Below are positions 46,908-59,374 of a DNA stretch of 64,000 nucleotides, in pieces. A program made the position numbers and the translations under genes. This stretch comes from an uncultured Arcobacteraceae bacterium (lineage in GTDB: Bacteria; Campylobacterota; Campylobacteria; Campylobacterales; Arcobacteraceae). Below the pieces are notes generated by a model. The model searched no databases. It saw only the letters and a list, made by a program, of their open reading frames with translations, and had not been told where the DNA came from. Where the stretch lies: NCBI GenBank assembly GCA_964022095.1, contig CAXHZO010000001.1:342435-406434 (forward strand), read 5' to 3'. How positions within the stretch are numbered: the stretch's first letter is position 1; each line of letters starts with the position of its first letter.

Positions 46908-47440
46908 TGCATTGGAAAATATCAAAAGAGTTTGATTTTTGTTATGGTCATAGAGTTTGGTCACAAACTTTAAATGCAGAGTTTTCACTAGATTCATGTT
47001 TAAAGTGTAGACATTTACATGGTCATCAAGGTAAAGTAATAGTATATTTAGAAGCTAGTGAATTAAAAGATGGAATGGTAACTGACTTTAAACACTTAAA
47101 TTGGTTTAAACAGTTTTTAGATGATGCACTTGATCATAAATTCATCCTTGATACAAATGATCCATTATTTGATACCCTACTTCCTCATTTTAAGAAAAAT
47201 GAATTAAGAAGTTTTGAAGAAGGATACTATTTAGTTAATTTTGACAAAATTAAAGATGAAGAGATTCATATTAAAGAGATGTATGAAGGTTATGTTTTAG
47301 TTGATTTTGTTCCAACAAGTGAAAATATCTCGGCATGGTTGTTAAAAATAGTTCAAAATAAAATGCAAAAACTTAATGTAAAAGTTTCCCATATAGAGTT
47401 TTTAGAAACACCAAAAAGTAAAAGCACATTTTATGCTTGA
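46907..47440 (+). CDS. queD: 6-carboxytetrahydropterin synthase
   Basis: CRHLHGH, GMVTDF, LDHKF, PTSEN, ETPKS. Confidence 0.93.
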   Translation: MHWKISKEFDFCYGHRVWSQTLNAEFSLDSCLKCRHLHGHQGKVIVYLEASELKDGMVTDFKHLNWFKQFLDDALDHKFILDTNDPLFDTLLPHFKKNELRSFEEGYYLVNFDKIKDEEIHIKEMYEGYVLVDFVPTSENISAWLLKIVQNKMQKLNVKVSHIEFLETPKSKSTFYA

Positions 47441-48197
47441 AGTTAATGAAATTTTTGGTCCTACAATCCAAGGTGAAGGTAAACTTGTAGGAACGCCTTC
47501 TGTGTTTATAAGATTTGGGAAGTGTAATTTTACTTGTGAAGGTTTTAACGTTGAATATGAAACACCAAGTGGCATTAAAAAGTGTGCTTGTGATTCATAT
47601 TTTGCTGTAGATAAAGAGTTTAAAGACACATGGACAAAATACAAGTCTTATGAAGATATCGTAAAAGAAGTTGATAAGTTAACAAATCTTTTTAATTATG
47701 ATTATAAAATGGATATAGTGATTACTGGTGGAGAACCACTTTTATACTGGAATAAAGAAGAGTTCCAAAAACTACTAGAACACTACATAACTAAGGGACA
47801 TAAAGTTACCATTGAAACAAATGCTTCATTAAACCTAAACTTTACAAAAGAGTATCAAAAAGAGATTCTTTTTTCTATGAGTGTAAAACTAAGTAACTCT
47901 CTAGAACCTCTTAAAAAAAGAGTTAATAAAGAGACTCTAACTAAAATCTTAACAAACTCAAAAGAGTCATACTTAAAATTTGTTATTGGAAAAGATTTTA
48001 TGGAAAATGCAATTAATGAAATTAAAGAGATATTAAAAGATATTCCAAAATGTTCAGTTTATCTTATGCCAATGGGCGATACAGCACAACAAATAAGCAT
48101 AATAAGTGAAGATGTTATCAATTTAGCCATTAAAAATGGATATAGATATTGTGATAGATTACATATTAGAGTTTGGGATAACAAAAGAGGCGTATAA
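47433..48197 (+). CDS. queE: 7-carboxy-7-deazaguanine synthase (radical SAM)
   Basis: EIFGPTIQGEG, FIRFGKC, ITGGEP, IETN, RLHIRVW. Confidence 0.94.
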   Translation: MLEVNEIFGPTIQGEGKLVGTPSVFIRFGKCNFTCEGFNVEYETPSGIKKCACDSYFAVDKEFKDTWTKYKSYEDIVKEVDKLTNLFNYDYKMDIVITGGEPLLYWNKEEFQKLLEHYITKGHKVTIETNASLNLNFTKEYQKEILFSMSVKLSNSLEPLKKRVNKETLTKILTNSKESYLKFVIGKDFMENAINEIKEILKDIPKCSVYLMPMGDTAQQISIISEDVINLAIKNGYRYCDRLHIRVWDNKRGV

Positions 48198-48259
48198 ATA
48201 AACTTTAGCCTTATTTGGATACAATAAATGAATTTTTTAAAACTATTAAAAGGAAAGTG

Positions 48260-49003
48260 ATGAATTTTACAGGTTCAAATGTACTAGTTACTGGAGCTTC
48301 AAGAGGTATTGGAGCTCAAATCGCAAAAACTTTAGCTAGTAATGGATTAAAAGTTTGGATTAACTATAGAAGTGGAGCTGATGCTGCTGAAAAAATCAAA
48401 GAAGAGATTGAAGCTGCTGGTGGAAAAGCTGCAATTGTTAAAGCTGATGTAACAAAAGAAGATGAATTTACTGCTGCAATTAAAACAATTGTTGATGCAG
48501 ATGGAGAGTTAGCATATTTAGTTAACAATGCTGGTATTACAAAAGATAAATTAGCATTAAGAATGTCTGTTGAAGACTTCAATGATGTAATTGCTGCAAA
48601 CTTAACTTCAGCATTTATTGGATGTAAAGGTGCCCTAAAAGCAATGGGTAAAAAAAGATTTGGATCTATTGTTAATATCTCTTCTATTGTTGGAGAGATG
48701 GGAAACCCTGGTCAAACTAATTACTCTGCAAGTAAAGGTGGATTAAATGCGATGACAAAATCATTCGCAAAAGAAGCAGCAGCAAGAGGAATTAGATACA
48801 ACGCAGTAACTCCTGGATTTATCCAAACAGATATGACTGATGAATTAAAAGATGATGTTAAAGCAGAATATGAAAAAAATATTCCTTTATCAAGATTTGG
48901 TCAACCAAGTGAAATTGCAGATGCAGTAGCATTTTTATTAAGTGATCACTCATCGTATATCACAGGTGAAATTTTAAAAGTAAATGGTGGATTATACGTT
49001 TAA
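48260..49003 (+). CDS. fabG: 3-oxoacyl-ACP reductase
   Basis: TGASRGIG, NNAGIT, YSASK, PGFIQTDMT; ATG 48260 after AAGGA RBS. Confidence 0.97.
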   Translation: MNFTGSNVLVTGASRGIGAQIAKTLASNGLKVWINYRSGADAAEKIKEEIEAAGGKAAIVKADVTKEDEFTAAIKTIVDADGELAYLVNNAGITKDKLALRMSVEDFNDVIAANLTSAFIGCKGALKAMGKKRFGSIVNISSIVGEMGNPGQTNYSASKGGLNAMTKSFAKEAAARGIRYNAVTPGFIQTDMTDELKDDVKAEYEKNIPLSRFGQPSEIADAVAFLLSDHSSYITGEILKVNGGLYV

Positions 49004-49085
49004 TATTAACGTATAATCAAATTTAAAAGAGAATTTAAACCTTTTTGGTTATAATTCAGTGTTAATTTTATAAAAGGAAATAAAT

Positions 49086-49316
49086 ATGGCATTATTAGAT
49101 GATGTAAAAGAAGTAGTTGTAGAGCAATTAGATTGTGATCCAGCAGAAGTTAAAGAAGATTCGAAATTTATTGAAGATTTAGGTGCTGACTCTTTAGACG
49201 TAGTTGAGCTAGTTATGGCATTAGAAGAGAAATTTGACATCGAAATCCCTGATGAAGATGCAGAAAAAATCTTGACTGTTGCTGATGCTATTAAATACAT
49301 CGAAGATAACGCGTAA
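49086..49316 (+). CDS. acpP: Acyl carrier protein
   Basis: [18 protein letters not shown]. Confidence 0.98.
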   Translation: MALLDDVKEVVVEQLDCDPAEVKEDSKFIEDLGADSLDVVELVMALEEKFDIEIPDEDAEKILTVADAIKYIEDNA

Positions 49317-49329
49317 TTTATACGCTAAC

Positions 49330-49357
49330 AAATAGAAGAGTTTTCTCTTCTATTTTT
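49330..49357 (+). terminator. Terminator after acpP
   Basis: AAATAGAAGAG-tttt-CTCTTCTATTT followed by T's. Confidence 0.75.
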
Positions 49358-49434
49358 ATTTAAAATATTGAGTTTTTTGTTAAAAATTGAATATTTCAAA
49401 TAACAAAAATAATTAATAAATTGGAGCTTATTTA

Positions 49435-50694
49435 ATGAAAAGAGTTGTTGTAACAGGTTTAGGTACTATAAATTCTACTGGTCATAGTGTAAATGAATCA
49501 TTTGATGCAGTAGTTAATGGAGAGTGTGGAATTGATAGAATCACACTTTTTGACGTGAGTGAGTTCCCTGTTCAAATTGCTGGTGAAGTAAAAGATTTTG
49601 ATCCTACTACAGTTATGGATAAAAAAGAAGTAAAAAAAGCTGATAGATTTATCCAATTAGGAATTAAAGCAGCACTTGAAGCAATGATTGATTCAGGTTT
49701 TGTAGATGCAGAGAATAAAAAAGTTGATGATTCAATTTCAGAAAGATTCGGAATTATTTCTGGTTCTGGAATTGGTGGATTAGCAACAATTGAAAAAAAT
49801 TCTGTTGTATGTGAAAATAGAGGACCAAAAAGAATTTCACCATTCTTTATTCCTTCAGCACTAGCAAATATGTTAAGTGGATTTATTTCAATTGAACATA
49901 ATTTAAAAGGTCCAAACTTAGCAGCTGTAACTGCTTGTGCTGCTTCAACTCATGCAATTTGTGATGCAGTAAAAACAATCACAATGGGTGGAGCTGATAG
50001 AATTTTAGTTGTTGGTGCTGAAAGTGCTGTTTGTGGTGCTGGTGTTGGTGGATTTGCAGCAATGAAAGCATTAAGTGCAAGAAATGATGATCCTAAAAAA
50101 TCTTCTAGACCATTTGATACTGGTAGAGATGGATTTGTAATGGGAGAAGGTGCTGGTGCATTAGTTGTTGAAGATTTAGAATCTGCAAAAGCAAGAGGAG
50201 CTAAAATCTATTGTGAAATCATTGGATTTGGTGAATCAGGTGATGCAAATCACATTACTGCTCCTGTTATGGAAGGTCCATTAAGAGCTATGAAAGCAGC
50301 ATTTGAAATGGTTAAATCAAGAACTGGAGAATATCCAAAAATTGATTACATCAATGCTCATGGTACATCAACTCCTGTTGGAGATAAAAATGAAACAACT
50401 GCAATTAAAGCACTATTTGGTTCAAAAGAATCTTGTCCTCCAGTTTCTTCAACAAAAGGACAAATTGGTCACTGTTTAGGTGCGGCAGGAGCTATTGAGT
50501 CAATTTTTACAATTAAAGCATTAAATGAAGGGATAATCCCTCCAACAATTAACTTAGAAAATCCAGATCCTGATTGTGATTTAGACTATGTTCCAAATAC
50601 AGCAAGAAAAGCTGAGTTAACTACAGTTATGAGTAATAACTTCGGATTTGGTGGAACAAACGGTTCTGTTATATTTACAAAATATAACGACTAA
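49435..50694 (+). CDS. fabF: Beta-ketoacyl-ACP synthase II
   Basis: RVVVTGLG, TACAAS, DGFVMGEG, NAHGTST, GHCLGAAG, FGFGGTN. Confidence 0.97.
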   Translation: MKRVVVTGLGTINSTGHSVNESFDAVVNGECGIDRITLFDVSEFPVQIAGEVKDFDPTTVMDKKEVKKADRFIQLGIKAALEAMIDSGFVDAENKKVDDSISERFGIISGSGIGGLATIEKNSVVCENRGPKRISPFFIPSALANMLSGFISIEHNLKGPNLAAVTACAASTHAICDAVKTITMGGADRILVVGAESAVCGAGVGGFAAMKALSARNDDPKKSSRPFDTGRDGFVMGEGAGALVVEDLESAKARGAKIYCEIIGFGESGDANHITAPVMEGPLRAMKAAFEMVKSRTGEYPKIDYINAHGTSTPVGDKNETTAIKALFGSKESCPPVSSTKGQIGHCLGAAGAIESIFTIKALNEGIIPPTINLENPDPDCDLDYVPNTARKAELTTVMSNNFGFGGTNGSVIFTKYND

Positions 50695-50711
50695 TAACTA
50701 AACCTACGTAC

Positions 50712-50746
50712 AAAAAGAGTTAGTAATAAGCTAACTCTTTTTTTTT
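50712..50746 (+). terminator. Terminator after fabF
   Basis: AAAAAGAGTTAG-taataag-CTAACTCTTTTT followed by T-run. Confidence 0.8.
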
Positions 50747-50763
50747 ATAAAAGGGGAAATAAT

Positions 50764-51708
50764 TTGGCAGCTTATTTAGATTTCGAAGATAAAATTAAGA
50801 AAATTGAAGAAGATATTATTATTGCTAAAACAAAAGCAGACGAACATGCTATTGAAATTTTAAGCAAAAAACTTGAGAAAGAAGTTGAAAAAACTTTCAA
50901 AAATTTAAGTGACTATCAAAAATTACAACTTGCACGTCATCCAGATAGACCTTATGCATTAGATTATATAAATGAAATATTAACTGATGCTTATGAGATA
51001 CATGGAGATAGACATTATGTAGATGATAGTGCTATTGTATGTTATTTAGGTTTTATTGGTGAGCAAAAAGTGATGGTAATTGGTGAGCAAAAAGGTAGAG
51101 GAACTAAAGATAAACTTCATAGAAACTTTGGTATGCCTAGTCCTGAAGGATATAGAAAAGCTTTAAGAGCTGCGAAAATGGCTGATAAATTCCAAATTCC
51201 AATACTTATGTTAGTAGACACTCCGGGTGCATATCCAGGAATTGGAGCCGAAGAGAGAAATCAATCTGAAGCAATTGCTACAAATTTATTTGAATTTGCT
51301 GACCTTACAACTCCAACAGTATCTGTTGTAATTGGTGAAGGTGGATCAGGTGGAGCATTAGCTATTTCAGTTGCAGATAAACTAGCAATGATGAGATACT
51401 CAGTTTATGCAGTTATTTCACCTGAAGGTTGTAGTGCGATTTTATGGAATGATCCATCAAAAGTTGAAACTGCAGCAAATGCACTTAGAATTACAGCTGA
51501 AAACTTAAAAGAATTAAATCTAGTTGATGATGTTGTAAATGAACCATTAATTGGTGCACATAGACAAAAAGAAGAAGCTATTAGAGCTTTAAAAGAGTAT
51601 TTTTTAACTTCATTAGATGAATTAAAACAATTAACTCCAGCGCAAAGATACCAAAAGAAATATGAAAAAATTATGTCTTTAGGATCATTTCAAGAAGCTA
51701 AAAAATAA
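50764..51708 (+). CDS. accA: Acetyl-CoA carboxylase carboxyltransferase alpha
   Basis: [38 protein letters not shown]. Confidence 0.97.
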   Translation: MAAYLDFEDKIKKIEEDIIIAKTKADEHAIEILSKKLEKEVEKTFKNLSDYQKLQLARHPDRPYALDYINEILTDAYEIHGDRHYVDDSAIVCYLGFIGEQKVMVIGEQKGRGTKDKLHRNFGMPSPEGYRKALRAAKMADKFQIPILMLVDTPGAYPGIGAEERNQSEAIATNLFEFADLTTPTVSVVIGEGGSGGALAISVADKLAMMRYSVYAVISPEGCSAILWNDPSKVETAANALRITAENLKELNLVDDVVNEPLIGAHRQKEEAIRALKEYFLTSLDELKQLTPAQRYQKKYEKIMSLGSFQEAKK

Positions 51709-51716
51709 ACAAGAAA

Positions 51717-52061
51717 TTAATCTTCTTGTTTATCTCTAACTAACCTACCAGCAGGTTCTCCACCAATTAAATGAAAATGTAAATGTGGCACTTCTTGTCC
51801 ACCATCTTTTCCAATATTTGTAATTAACCTATAACCACTTTGGCTCACATCAAGCTTTTTAGCTACTTTTTGAGTAAATTCAGTTAATCCAGACATAACA
51901 CTTGGTGGTACTACGTCAAATGACTCATAGTGAGCTTTTGGAATAATTAGCACATGAATTTTTCTAGTAGGATTTATATCATGAAAACATAAAAAGTTTT
52001 CATCTTCTAAAACTGTTTTATTTGGAATCTCACCTGCTACAATTTTACAAAAAATACACAT
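51717..52061 (-). CDS. Histidine triad nucleotide-binding (HIT) protein
   Basis: CIFCKI, GGQEVPHLHFH. Confidence 0.95.
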   Translation of the reverse strand: MCIFCKIVAGEIPNKTVLEDENFLCFHDINPTRKIHVLIIPKAHYESFDVVPPSVMSGLTEFTQKVAKKLDVSQSGYRLITNIGKDGGQEVPHLHFHLIGGEPAGRLVRDKQED

Positions 52062-52182
52062 CTTTTTTCCTTGAAATTAATATAAAAAATATTATAACCA
52101 AACTCTAATAAATCTTTAAGTATAATCGCCATAAATTAAAAAAACAATAAGTTTAAAAACATTGAAATTTAGGGAGAAGTAA

Positions 52183-53175
52183 GTGACTACTTGGATTGAA
52201 AAAATAAACAATGCAGCATCACTTGAAGAGTTAGAAAATTTAAGAGTAGAAACGCTTGGTAAAAAAGGTGTTATAACTTCAGAATTTGCTAAAATGAAAA
52301 GTGTACCAAATGAAGAGAAAAAAGCTTTTGCAGAGAATTTAAATAATCAAAAAGCATTAGTAACTGAAGCTATAGAAGCAAAAAAAGAAGTTTTAGAAAA
52401 AGAAGCTTTAAATCAAAAACTACAATCAGAAAAAATTGATGTAACAAAATTTAATAATGAATTATCTAGTGGCGCAACTCATCCTGTTGTTGAGACAATG
52501 GATAGAATTATTACATATTTCCAAAACCTTAATTTTGCAGTTGAAGAAGGTCCATTAGTAGAAGATGACTTTCATAACTTTGAAGCATTAAACCTTCCAA
52601 AATATCATCCTGCAAGAGATATGCAAGACACATTTTATAACAAAGATTACACATTACTAAGAACTCATACTTCTCCAGTACAAATCAGAACTATGTTAAA
52701 ACAAAATACTCCAATTAGAATGATAGCTCCTGGAACTGTTTTTAGAAGAGATTTTGATATTACTCATACTCCTATGTTTCATCAAATTGAAGCATTAGTT
52801 GTTGATGAAGAAGATAAAGTATCTTTTGCAAATCTAAAACATGTTTTAGTTGAATTTTTACATCATATGTTTGGTGATGTTGAAGTTAGATTTAGACCAT
52901 CTTTTTTCCCGTTTACAGAACCATCAGCTGAAGTTGATATTTCATGTGTATTTTGTAAAGGTGAAGGCTGTAGAGTTTGTTCACACACAGGTTGGCTAGA
53001 AGTATTAGGATGTGGTGTAGTTGATGAAAACGTATTCAAAGCAGTTGGATATGAAGGAAAGTCTGGTTATGCCTTTGGTTTAGGAGTAGAAAGATTTGCA
53101 ATGTTAATTCATAACATTGGTGACTTAAGATCACTATTTGAAAGTGACACAAGATTAATAGGACAGTTCAAATGA
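52183..53175 (+). CDS. pheS: Phenylalanine--tRNA ligase alpha subunit
   Basis: [31 protein letters not shown]. Confidence 0.98.
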   Translation: MTTWIEKINNAASLEELENLRVETLGKKGVITSEFAKMKSVPNEEKKAFAENLNNQKALVTEAIEAKKEVLEKEALNQKLQSEKIDVTKFNNELSSGATHPVVETMDRIITYFQNLNFAVEEGPLVEDDFHNFEALNLPKYHPARDMQDTFYNKDYTLLRTHTSPVQIRTMLKQNTPIRMIAPGTVFRRDFDITHTPMFHQIEALVVDEEDKVSFANLKHVLVEFLHHMFGDVEVRFRPSFFPFTEPSAEVDISCVFCKGEGCRVCSHTGWLEVLGCGVVDENVFKAVGYEGKSGYAFGLGVERFAMLIHNIGDLRSLFESDTRLIGQFK

Positions 53176-55496
53176 TAGTTACAAGAAATTGGTTACAAGA
53201 ATTTATTGATATTTCTAAGATTTCAACAGAAGATATTTGTAAAGCTTTAAACTCAATTGGACTTGAAGTTGACAGTTTGCAAACAGTTTGTATTCCTTCA
53301 AAAGTTGTTGTTGGTAAAGTATTAGAAAAAGAAAAACATCCTGATGCTGATAAATTAAATATTTGTCAAGTTGATATTGGAAGTGAGCAAGTACAAATTG
53401 TATGTGGTGCTAAGAATGTAGATGCAAACCAATATGTGCCAGTTGCAGTTAATGGATGTAACCTTGGTGGTGGTTTCAAAATCAAAAAAGCAAAACTAAG
53501 AGGTGTTGAATCAAATGGTATGATTTGTTCTTCAACTGAAATTGGATTAGCTAAATTAAATGATGGAATTTTAGTTTTAGACGACTCTATTGGTGAATTA
53601 GTAATTGGTAAAGAGCTTTGTGAATATGACACTTTAAATGATGATATTATTGAAATTGAATTAACTGCAAATAGAGGTGATTGCTTAAGCATTCACGGTG
53701 TTGCAAAAGAGTTAAGTACATATTATAATATTCCTTTAAATGAATTCGAAAACCATTCAAATTACAATGATTTTGGTATTGGTCAGGTACTAGAAGTAGA
53801 ATGTGAAAGTGATATAGACTCCTCTTTAATCTTTAAAGCTATAGATTTTTCAGACTACAAATTTAATGTTTTACACAAAATAAGAGTAGGAACAATTGAC
53901 AAATATGAAGAATCAAATAATATCAATAATGTTTTATCATATGTGACTCACTGTACAGGTGTAGTTTTAAATGCATATCCAAAAGAAAAAGCAATTAAAA
54001 AAGATGCATTAAGTATTATTCATGTTAAAAAAGATGCTGAAGGTTTTGATAACACTTATGGAGAAGAGCATTTAAGTAAGATTGGAATTGAACATAATAA
54101 AATAGATGCAAATGAGTGCAATTTTATTATTGAAGCTTCTTATGTAAACCCTGAACTTATTTCTAAAAAAGTTTTTGAAACAAAAATAAAAACTGGTGAC
54201 ATTTATTACAGAACTTCTAGAGGGAGTGAGCCAGATATTGAGTTTGGAATTAACTATTTTACTTCAATTGTATCTACAAATGGAGCATTACTTTATAGAG
54301 GAAGTGAATCGTTTATTGAAGAAAAAGAGAAACAAGTTTTAGATATTAATGTTAATAAAATAAATTCTATTATTGGTCAAGAAATAAAAAAAGTTGAAAT
54401 AGAAAGAATTTTAACTTCACTACAATTTGAAGTAAAAGATGCTGGAGATAATATCTTAGTAGTTAAAATACCTCAATTTAGACATGATATAAAAAATATT
54501 GCTGATATAACTGAAGAGATTGTAAGAATTATTGGGATTGACAATATTATTGCAAAACCTTTACAAATTGATGAAGTTAATAGGTTTAATAAAACTTCAC
54601 AAGACTTAATCAAGAAAAACAAATTAAGAGCAAAAGCTATTGAAAATGGCTTTTATGAAACTTTAACATATGTATTTTCATCTAAAGAAAATTTAGAAAA
54701 ATATGGTTTTGAAACAGTAAGAGATGAACTTGATATTTTAAATCCTATTGTAAAAGAGTTAAATACTTTTAGAAGTACAATTTTATTAAATCTTGTAGAA
54801 GCTTGTTCTAATAACTTTAAAAATGGTTCAAGATCATCAGCATTCTTTGAAATAGGTACTATTTTTGATAAAAACAGAGATGAATCAAAGAAAATATCAT
54901 TTATTCAAACAGGTGCTTCGCAGCAAGAAAGTACTACAAATTCAGGAAAACCTGAAAATATTGACTTCTTTGGTTTTGCAAAAAAAGTACTAAATTGTGT
55001 TGGTAAATTTGATTTAGAACCAATGAAAGATATTAATAATTCATTTATTCATCCATTCCAAAATGCAGATGTAATAGTTGATGGAAAAGTTATTGGTTAT
55101 ATTTCAAAACTACATCCAAGTGTTTGTGAAGATTTTGATTTAAATGATACTTTCATTGCTGAAATTGATTTTGATTTACTTAAAAATGATTTAGTAAAAG
55201 CTCAATCATACTCAAAATTCCAAGCATCGAAAAAAGATTTAAGTATTGTTGCTCCAAAAGAAATGGAGTACAAAAAGATCAAAGATGTAATTAATTCATT
55301 AAATGACAAAAGAATCAAACAATTTAACTTAATTGATATATATAATGATGAAAAATTAGGGGATAATGAGAGTTTAACAATTAGATTTGTTCTACAAGAC
55401 AATGAAAAAACAATGGAAGAAGAAGATATTTTAACTTCTATGAATTCTATTTTAGATGCTTTAGATAAAGAGTTATCTATTGGATTAAGACAATAA
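53172..55496 (+). CDS. pheT: Phenylalanine--tRNA ligase beta subunit
   Basis: [35 protein letters not shown]-terminal anticodon-binding domain. Confidence 0.97.
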   Translation: MIVTRNWLQEFIDISKISTEDICKALNSIGLEVDSLQTVCIPSKVVVGKVLEKEKHPDADKLNICQVDIGSEQVQIVCGAKNVDANQYVPVAVNGCNLGGGFKIKKAKLRGVESNGMICSSTEIGLAKLNDGILVLDDSIGELVIGKELCEYDTLNDDIIEIELTANRGDCLSIHGVAKELSTYYNIPLNEFENHSNYNDFGIGQVLEVECESDIDSSLIFKAIDFSDYKFNVLHKIRVGTIDKYEESNNINNVLSYVTHCTGVVLNAYPKEKAIKKDALSIIHVKKDAEGFDNTYGEEHLSKIGIEHNKIDANECNFIIEASYVNPELISKKVFETKIKTGDIYYRTSRGSEPDIEFGINYFTSIVSTNGALLYRGSESFIEEKEKQVLDINVNKINSIIGQEIKKVEIERILTSLQFEVKDAGDNILVVKIPQFRHDIKNIADITEEIVRIIGIDNIIAKPLQIDEVNRFNKTSQDLIKKNKLRAKAIENGFYETLTYVFSSKENLEKYGFETVRDELDILNPIVKELNTFRSTILLNLVEACSNNFKNGSRSSAFFEIGTIFDKNRDESKKISFIQTGASQQESTTNSGKPENIDFFGFAKKVLNCVGKFDLEPMKDINNSFIHPFQNADVIVDGKVIGYISKLHPSVCEDFDLNDTFIAEIDFDLLKNDLVKAQSYSKFQASKKDLSIVAPKEMEYKKIKDVINSLNDKRIKQFNLIDIYNDEKLGDNESLTIRFVLQDNEKTMEEEDILTSMNSILDALDKELSIGLRQ

Positions 55497-55510
55497 ATTA
55501 AAGGAAAAAA

Positions 55511-56791
55511 GTGGAAAAGTTTAGTATAAAAAAATTAGATAAAGCATTTAATATTGAAATTGATAATATTGCAAGTGATAAATCTATATCTCACAGATGT
55601 GCTATGTTTTCACTTTTTTCAAATGAAACTTCATATGTTAAAAACTTTTTAACAGCGGAAGATACACTAAATACTCTAAGTATTGTAGAACAATTAGGTG
55701 CTAAAATAAAAAGAGATGGGAGTAGTGTAGAAATAACTCCTACTAATAAACTAAGTGAACCTAGTGATGTACTTGATTGTGGAAACTCTGGAACTGCTAT
55801 GAGACTGTTTTGTGGTCTACTTGCAAGTGTTGATGGAGCATTTACATTAAGTGGTGATAAATATTTAAGAGCAAGACCTATGAAAAGAGTTGCAAATCCG
55901 CTTAGAAGTATAGGTGCTCAAATAGATGGAAGAGAAGATGGGAATAAAGCTCCATTATTTATTAGAGGAGTTAAAGAGTTAAAACCTTTTGTTTATGAAT
56001 CTCCTGTTGATTCAGCTCAAGTAAAATCAGCAATGATTCTAGCAGCGCTTAGAGCAACAGGTGTTTCAAAATATAAAGAAAATGAACTAACAAGAGACCA
56101 TACTGAAAGAATGCTAAAAGGTATGGGAGCAAAATTAGAAAATGACGATGAAGGGTTTATTCATATTCATCCACTAACAGATCATTTAAAACCTTTAAAT
56201 ATCACAGTGCCAACAGATCCATCATCTGCATTTTTCTTTGCCTTAGCAGCTGCTATTACAAAAGGTTCAAGAATAGTGATTAAAAATGTTACTTTAAATC
56301 CAACAAGAATTGAAGCATATCAAGTTTTAAAGAAAATGGGTGTAACAGTTAACTTTATAGAAAAAGAGAATGTTTATGAACCAATTGGTGATATTGAAGT
56401 AATAAACAATGAATTAAATGGTGTAGAAGTTAGTGAAAATATTTCATGGCTAATTGATGAACTTCCTGCACTTTCAATTGCAATGAGTTTAGCAAAAGGT
56501 AAATCTATTGTTAAAAATGCAAGTGAATTAAGAGTAAAAGAAAGTGATAGAATCAAATCAGTTGTGGATAACTTAAAACTTTGTGGAGTAGATTATACTG
56601 AATACGAAGATGGTTATGAAATAACTGGTGGAACAATCTCAAAAGCTGTTATAAACTCACATGGGGATCATAGAATCGCAATGAGTTTTGCAATTGCAGG
56701 TTTAAATAGTGATATGGAAATTGAAGATGTTGATTGTATTTTAACATCATTTCCTAACTTTAAAGAGATATTAGATTCTTTATATAAATAA
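55511..56791 (+). CDS. aroA: EPSP synthase
   Basis: [42 protein letters not shown]. Confidence 0.97.
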   Translation: MEKFSIKKLDKAFNIEIDNIASDKSISHRCAMFSLFSNETSYVKNFLTAEDTLNTLSIVEQLGAKIKRDGSSVEITPTNKLSEPSDVLDCGNSGTAMRLFCGLLASVDGAFTLSGDKYLRARPMKRVANPLRSIGAQIDGREDGNKAPLFIRGVKELKPFVYESPVDSAQVKSAMILAALRATGVSKYKENELTRDHTERMLKGMGAKLENDDEGFIHIHPLTDHLKPLNITVPTDPSSAFFFALAAAITKGSRIVIKNVTLNPTRIEAYQVLKKMGVTVNFIEKENVYEPIGDIEVINNELNGVEVSENISWLIDELPALSIAMSLAKGKSIVKNASELRVKESDRIKSVVDNLKLCGVDYTEYEDGYEITGGTISKAVINSHGDHRIAMSFAIAGLNSDMEIEDVDCILTSFPNFKEILDSLYK

Positions 56792-56800
56792 GGATTAATT

Positions 56801-57637
56801 ATGCAAGTAAAATTAGCATCTAATTATGGATTTTGTTTTGGTGTAAAAAGAGCAATTAAAATTGCAGAAGATTATAAAAATTCTTCTACAATGGGCCCTT
56901 TAATTCACAATCAAGATGAAATAAATAGATTGAAAAATGATTACAATGTAGGTTTATACAATACATTAGAAGATGTAAAAGATAGTGATACAATTATTAT
57001 TAGAACACATGGTATTCCAAAAAATGATTTAAAAAATTTACGAAAACAAAAAGCAAAAGTTATAAATGCTACTTGTCCATTTGTGACAACTCCTCAGCAA
57101 ATCGTGAAAAAAATGTCAAAAGAAGATTACTCAATTTTGATTTTTGGAGATGAAAACCATCCAGAAGTTAAAGGTGTTGCTTCATATGCACAAAACCAAG
57201 AAGATGTACATATTATTATGGAACCTGATGAACTTGACAAACTAAACTTTAAGCATAGTAAGATAGCAACAGTAGCTCAAACAACTAAGAAAAAAGAGAA
57301 ATACCTAGAAATTGTAAATACCCTAATATTAAAAAATAAAGAAGTTAGAGTTTTTAATACAATTTGTGATGCAACTTTTGAAAATCAAGATGCAGCCAGA
57401 GAAATTTCAAAAGAAGTTGATGTTATGGTTGTAATTGGTGGAAAAAACTCTTCAAATACTAAACAACTTCACGCTATTTGTAAAGAGAGTTGTGAAGACT
57501 CTTATTTAATAGAGAATGAATCTGAAATTGATGATTCATGGTTTGATAACAAAAAATTGTGTGGTGTGACTGCAGGTGCTTCAACGCCAGATTGGATAAT
57601 CCAACAAGTAGTAAATAGAATAGAATTAATTAACTAA
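56801..57637 (+). CDS. ispH: 4-hydroxy-3-methylbut-2-enyl diphosphate reductase
   Basis: GFCFGVKRA, ATCP, TICDAT, SSNT, TAGASTP. Confidence 0.97.
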   Translation: MQVKLASNYGFCFGVKRAIKIAEDYKNSSTMGPLIHNQDEINRLKNDYNVGLYNTLEDVKDSDTIIIRTHGIPKNDLKNLRKQKAKVINATCPFVTTPQQIVKKMSKEDYSILIFGDENHPEVKGVASYAQNQEDVHIIMEPDELDKLNFKHSKIATVAQTTKKKEKYLEIVNTLILKNKEVRVFNTICDATFENQDAAREISKEVDVMVVIGGKNSSNTKQLHAICKESCEDSYLIENESEIDDSWFDNKKLCGVTAGASTPDWIIQQVVNRIELIN

Positions 57638-57706
57638 GCAACTTTTTAAGCCTTTTTTTTGTATAATAATCCCATTTAATAAAAATGGTAAATATGAAGG
57701 AATAAA

Positions 57707-59359
57707 ATGGGTATCGAAGATATAGATTTAGGTGAAGACTTTGATTTTGAGCAAATGCTTAATGAGTCTTTTGAGAATGCTGAAAATAATTCTGTAGTTG
57801 ATGGTGTAATTGTTGAAATTACTAGTGATAGAGTACTAGTTGATGTTGGTCAAAAAATTGAAGGTCAATTAAATATTTCTGACATTACAATTGGTGGTGA
57901 AGTTAAATATAACGTTGGTGATTCAATCCCTGTTATGTTAATGGGAAATAGAGGTGAAAGACCAAATATCTCTCATAAGAAAGTACTTCAAAAAGAAAAA
58001 TTCGACGCTTTTGTTGAAAAACATGGTGAAGATGTAGAAGAAGTTACAATCGAAGGTAAAATTATTTCTGTTAAAAACAGAGGTGGATTTATTATTGAAG
58101 ATGAAGAAGGTTGTGAATACTTCATGCCTATGGCTCAATCTTTCTTAAAAGCACATGGTGCTGTTGGAAAAACTGTAAAAGCTAAAGTTTTAAAAGTTAA
58201 TGCTGCACAAAACTCAATTATTGTTTCTAGAAAGAAATTAATTGAAGAAGCAAAAGCTATCAAAGATAACAAAGTTGCAGAAATCATGGAAAATGGTGAA
58301 GCAGTTAACGGAGTAATCAAGAAAATCACTTCTTATGGTATGTTTGTTGATTTAGGTGGAATTGATGGTTTAGTAAACTACAATGAAATCTCTTACAAAG
58401 GTCCAGTTAATCCAGCTAATTATTACAATGAAGGTGACGAAGTTACTGTTGTAGTATTATCTTATGACAAAACAAAACAACACTTATCATTATCAATCAA
58501 AGCTGCACTTTCAAACCCTTGGGAAGAAATCAAAGATGAATTAGAAGTTGGTGATACAATCACTGTTACTGTTTCTAACTTTGAATCTTATGGTGCATTT
58601 GTTGACTTAGGAAATGATATTGAAGGTTTATTACATATTTCTGAAATCTCATGGAATAAAAACGTTAAAAATCCAAAAGAGTTATTAACTTTAGGTGAAG
58701 AAGTAAACGTTGAAGTAATCGAATTAGATGTTGAAAAGAAAAGATTAAGAGTTTCATTAAAGAACTTACAAGAAAAACCATTTGCAAAATTCACAAAAGA
58801 CTTTAAAATTGGTGATGTTGTAAACGGAAAAATTGCTACATTAACTGACTTTGGTGCATTTGTTACTATTGGTGATGTTGATGGATTATTACACAATGAA
58901 GAAGCTTCTTGGGAACCAAATACTAAATGTAAATCAGTATTTAAAAAAGGTGATGAAGTAGAAGTTAAAATTATCAAAATTGATAGAGAAAAAGAAAATA
59001 TTTCATTATCAATCAAAGAAATTGCAGACTCTCCAGCACAAAGATTCCAAGATACTCACAAAATTGGTGATATTGTAAAAGGAAACGTTAAAGATAAAAA
59101 AGACTTCGGTGTATTCATCAAATTAGAAGACAACTTAGATGGTTTAATTAGAAATGAAGATTTCGGTCCATTAGATGTTGAAGAAATCAATAATGGTGAT
59201 GAAGTTGAAGCTGTTGTAGTTAATATCGATACTAAAAGAAATAGAGTAAGATTATCTGTAAAAAGATTAGAACAACAACAAGAAAGAGAAGTATTAAAAT
59301 CTGTTAATGATGATTCATCTATGACTTTAGGTGACTTATTAAAAGATCAAATCAAATAA
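57707..59359 (+). CDS. rpsA: 30S ribosomal protein S1
   Basis: Repeated S1 domains (YGMFVDLG, YGAFVDLG, FGAFV, FGVFI). Confidence 0.97.
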   Translation: MGIEDIDLGEDFDFEQMLNESFENAENNSVVDGVIVEITSDRVLVDVGQKIEGQLNISDITIGGEVKYNVGDSIPVMLMGNRGERPNISHKKVLQKEKFDAFVEKHGEDVEEVTIEGKIISVKNRGGFIIEDEEGCEYFMPMAQSFLKAHGAVGKTVKAKVLKVNAAQNSIIVSRKKLIEEAKAIKDNKVAEIMENGEAVNGVIKKITSYGMFVDLGGIDGLVNYNEISYKGPVNPANYYNEGDEVTVVVLSYDKTKQHLSLSIKAALSNPWEEIKDELEVGDTITVTVSNFESYGAFVDLGNDIEGLLHISEISWNKNVKNPKELLTLGEEVNVEVIELDVEKKRLRVSLKNLQEKPFAKFTKDFKIGDVVNGKIATLTDFGAFVTIGDVDGLLHNEEASWEPNTKCKSVFKKGDEVEVKIIKIDREKENISLSIKEIADSPAQRFQDTHKIGDIVKGNVKDKKDFGVFIKLEDNLDGLIRNEDFGPLDVEEINNGDEVEAVVVNIDTKRNRVRLSVKRLEQQQEREVLKSVNDDSSMTLGDLLKDQIK

Positions 59360-59374
59360 ATAGGACTTATTTAA

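Noticed and set aside
57707-59359. Internal sequence repetition in rpsA
   Set aside because: Ordinary S1 domain repeats, not an array or mobile element.
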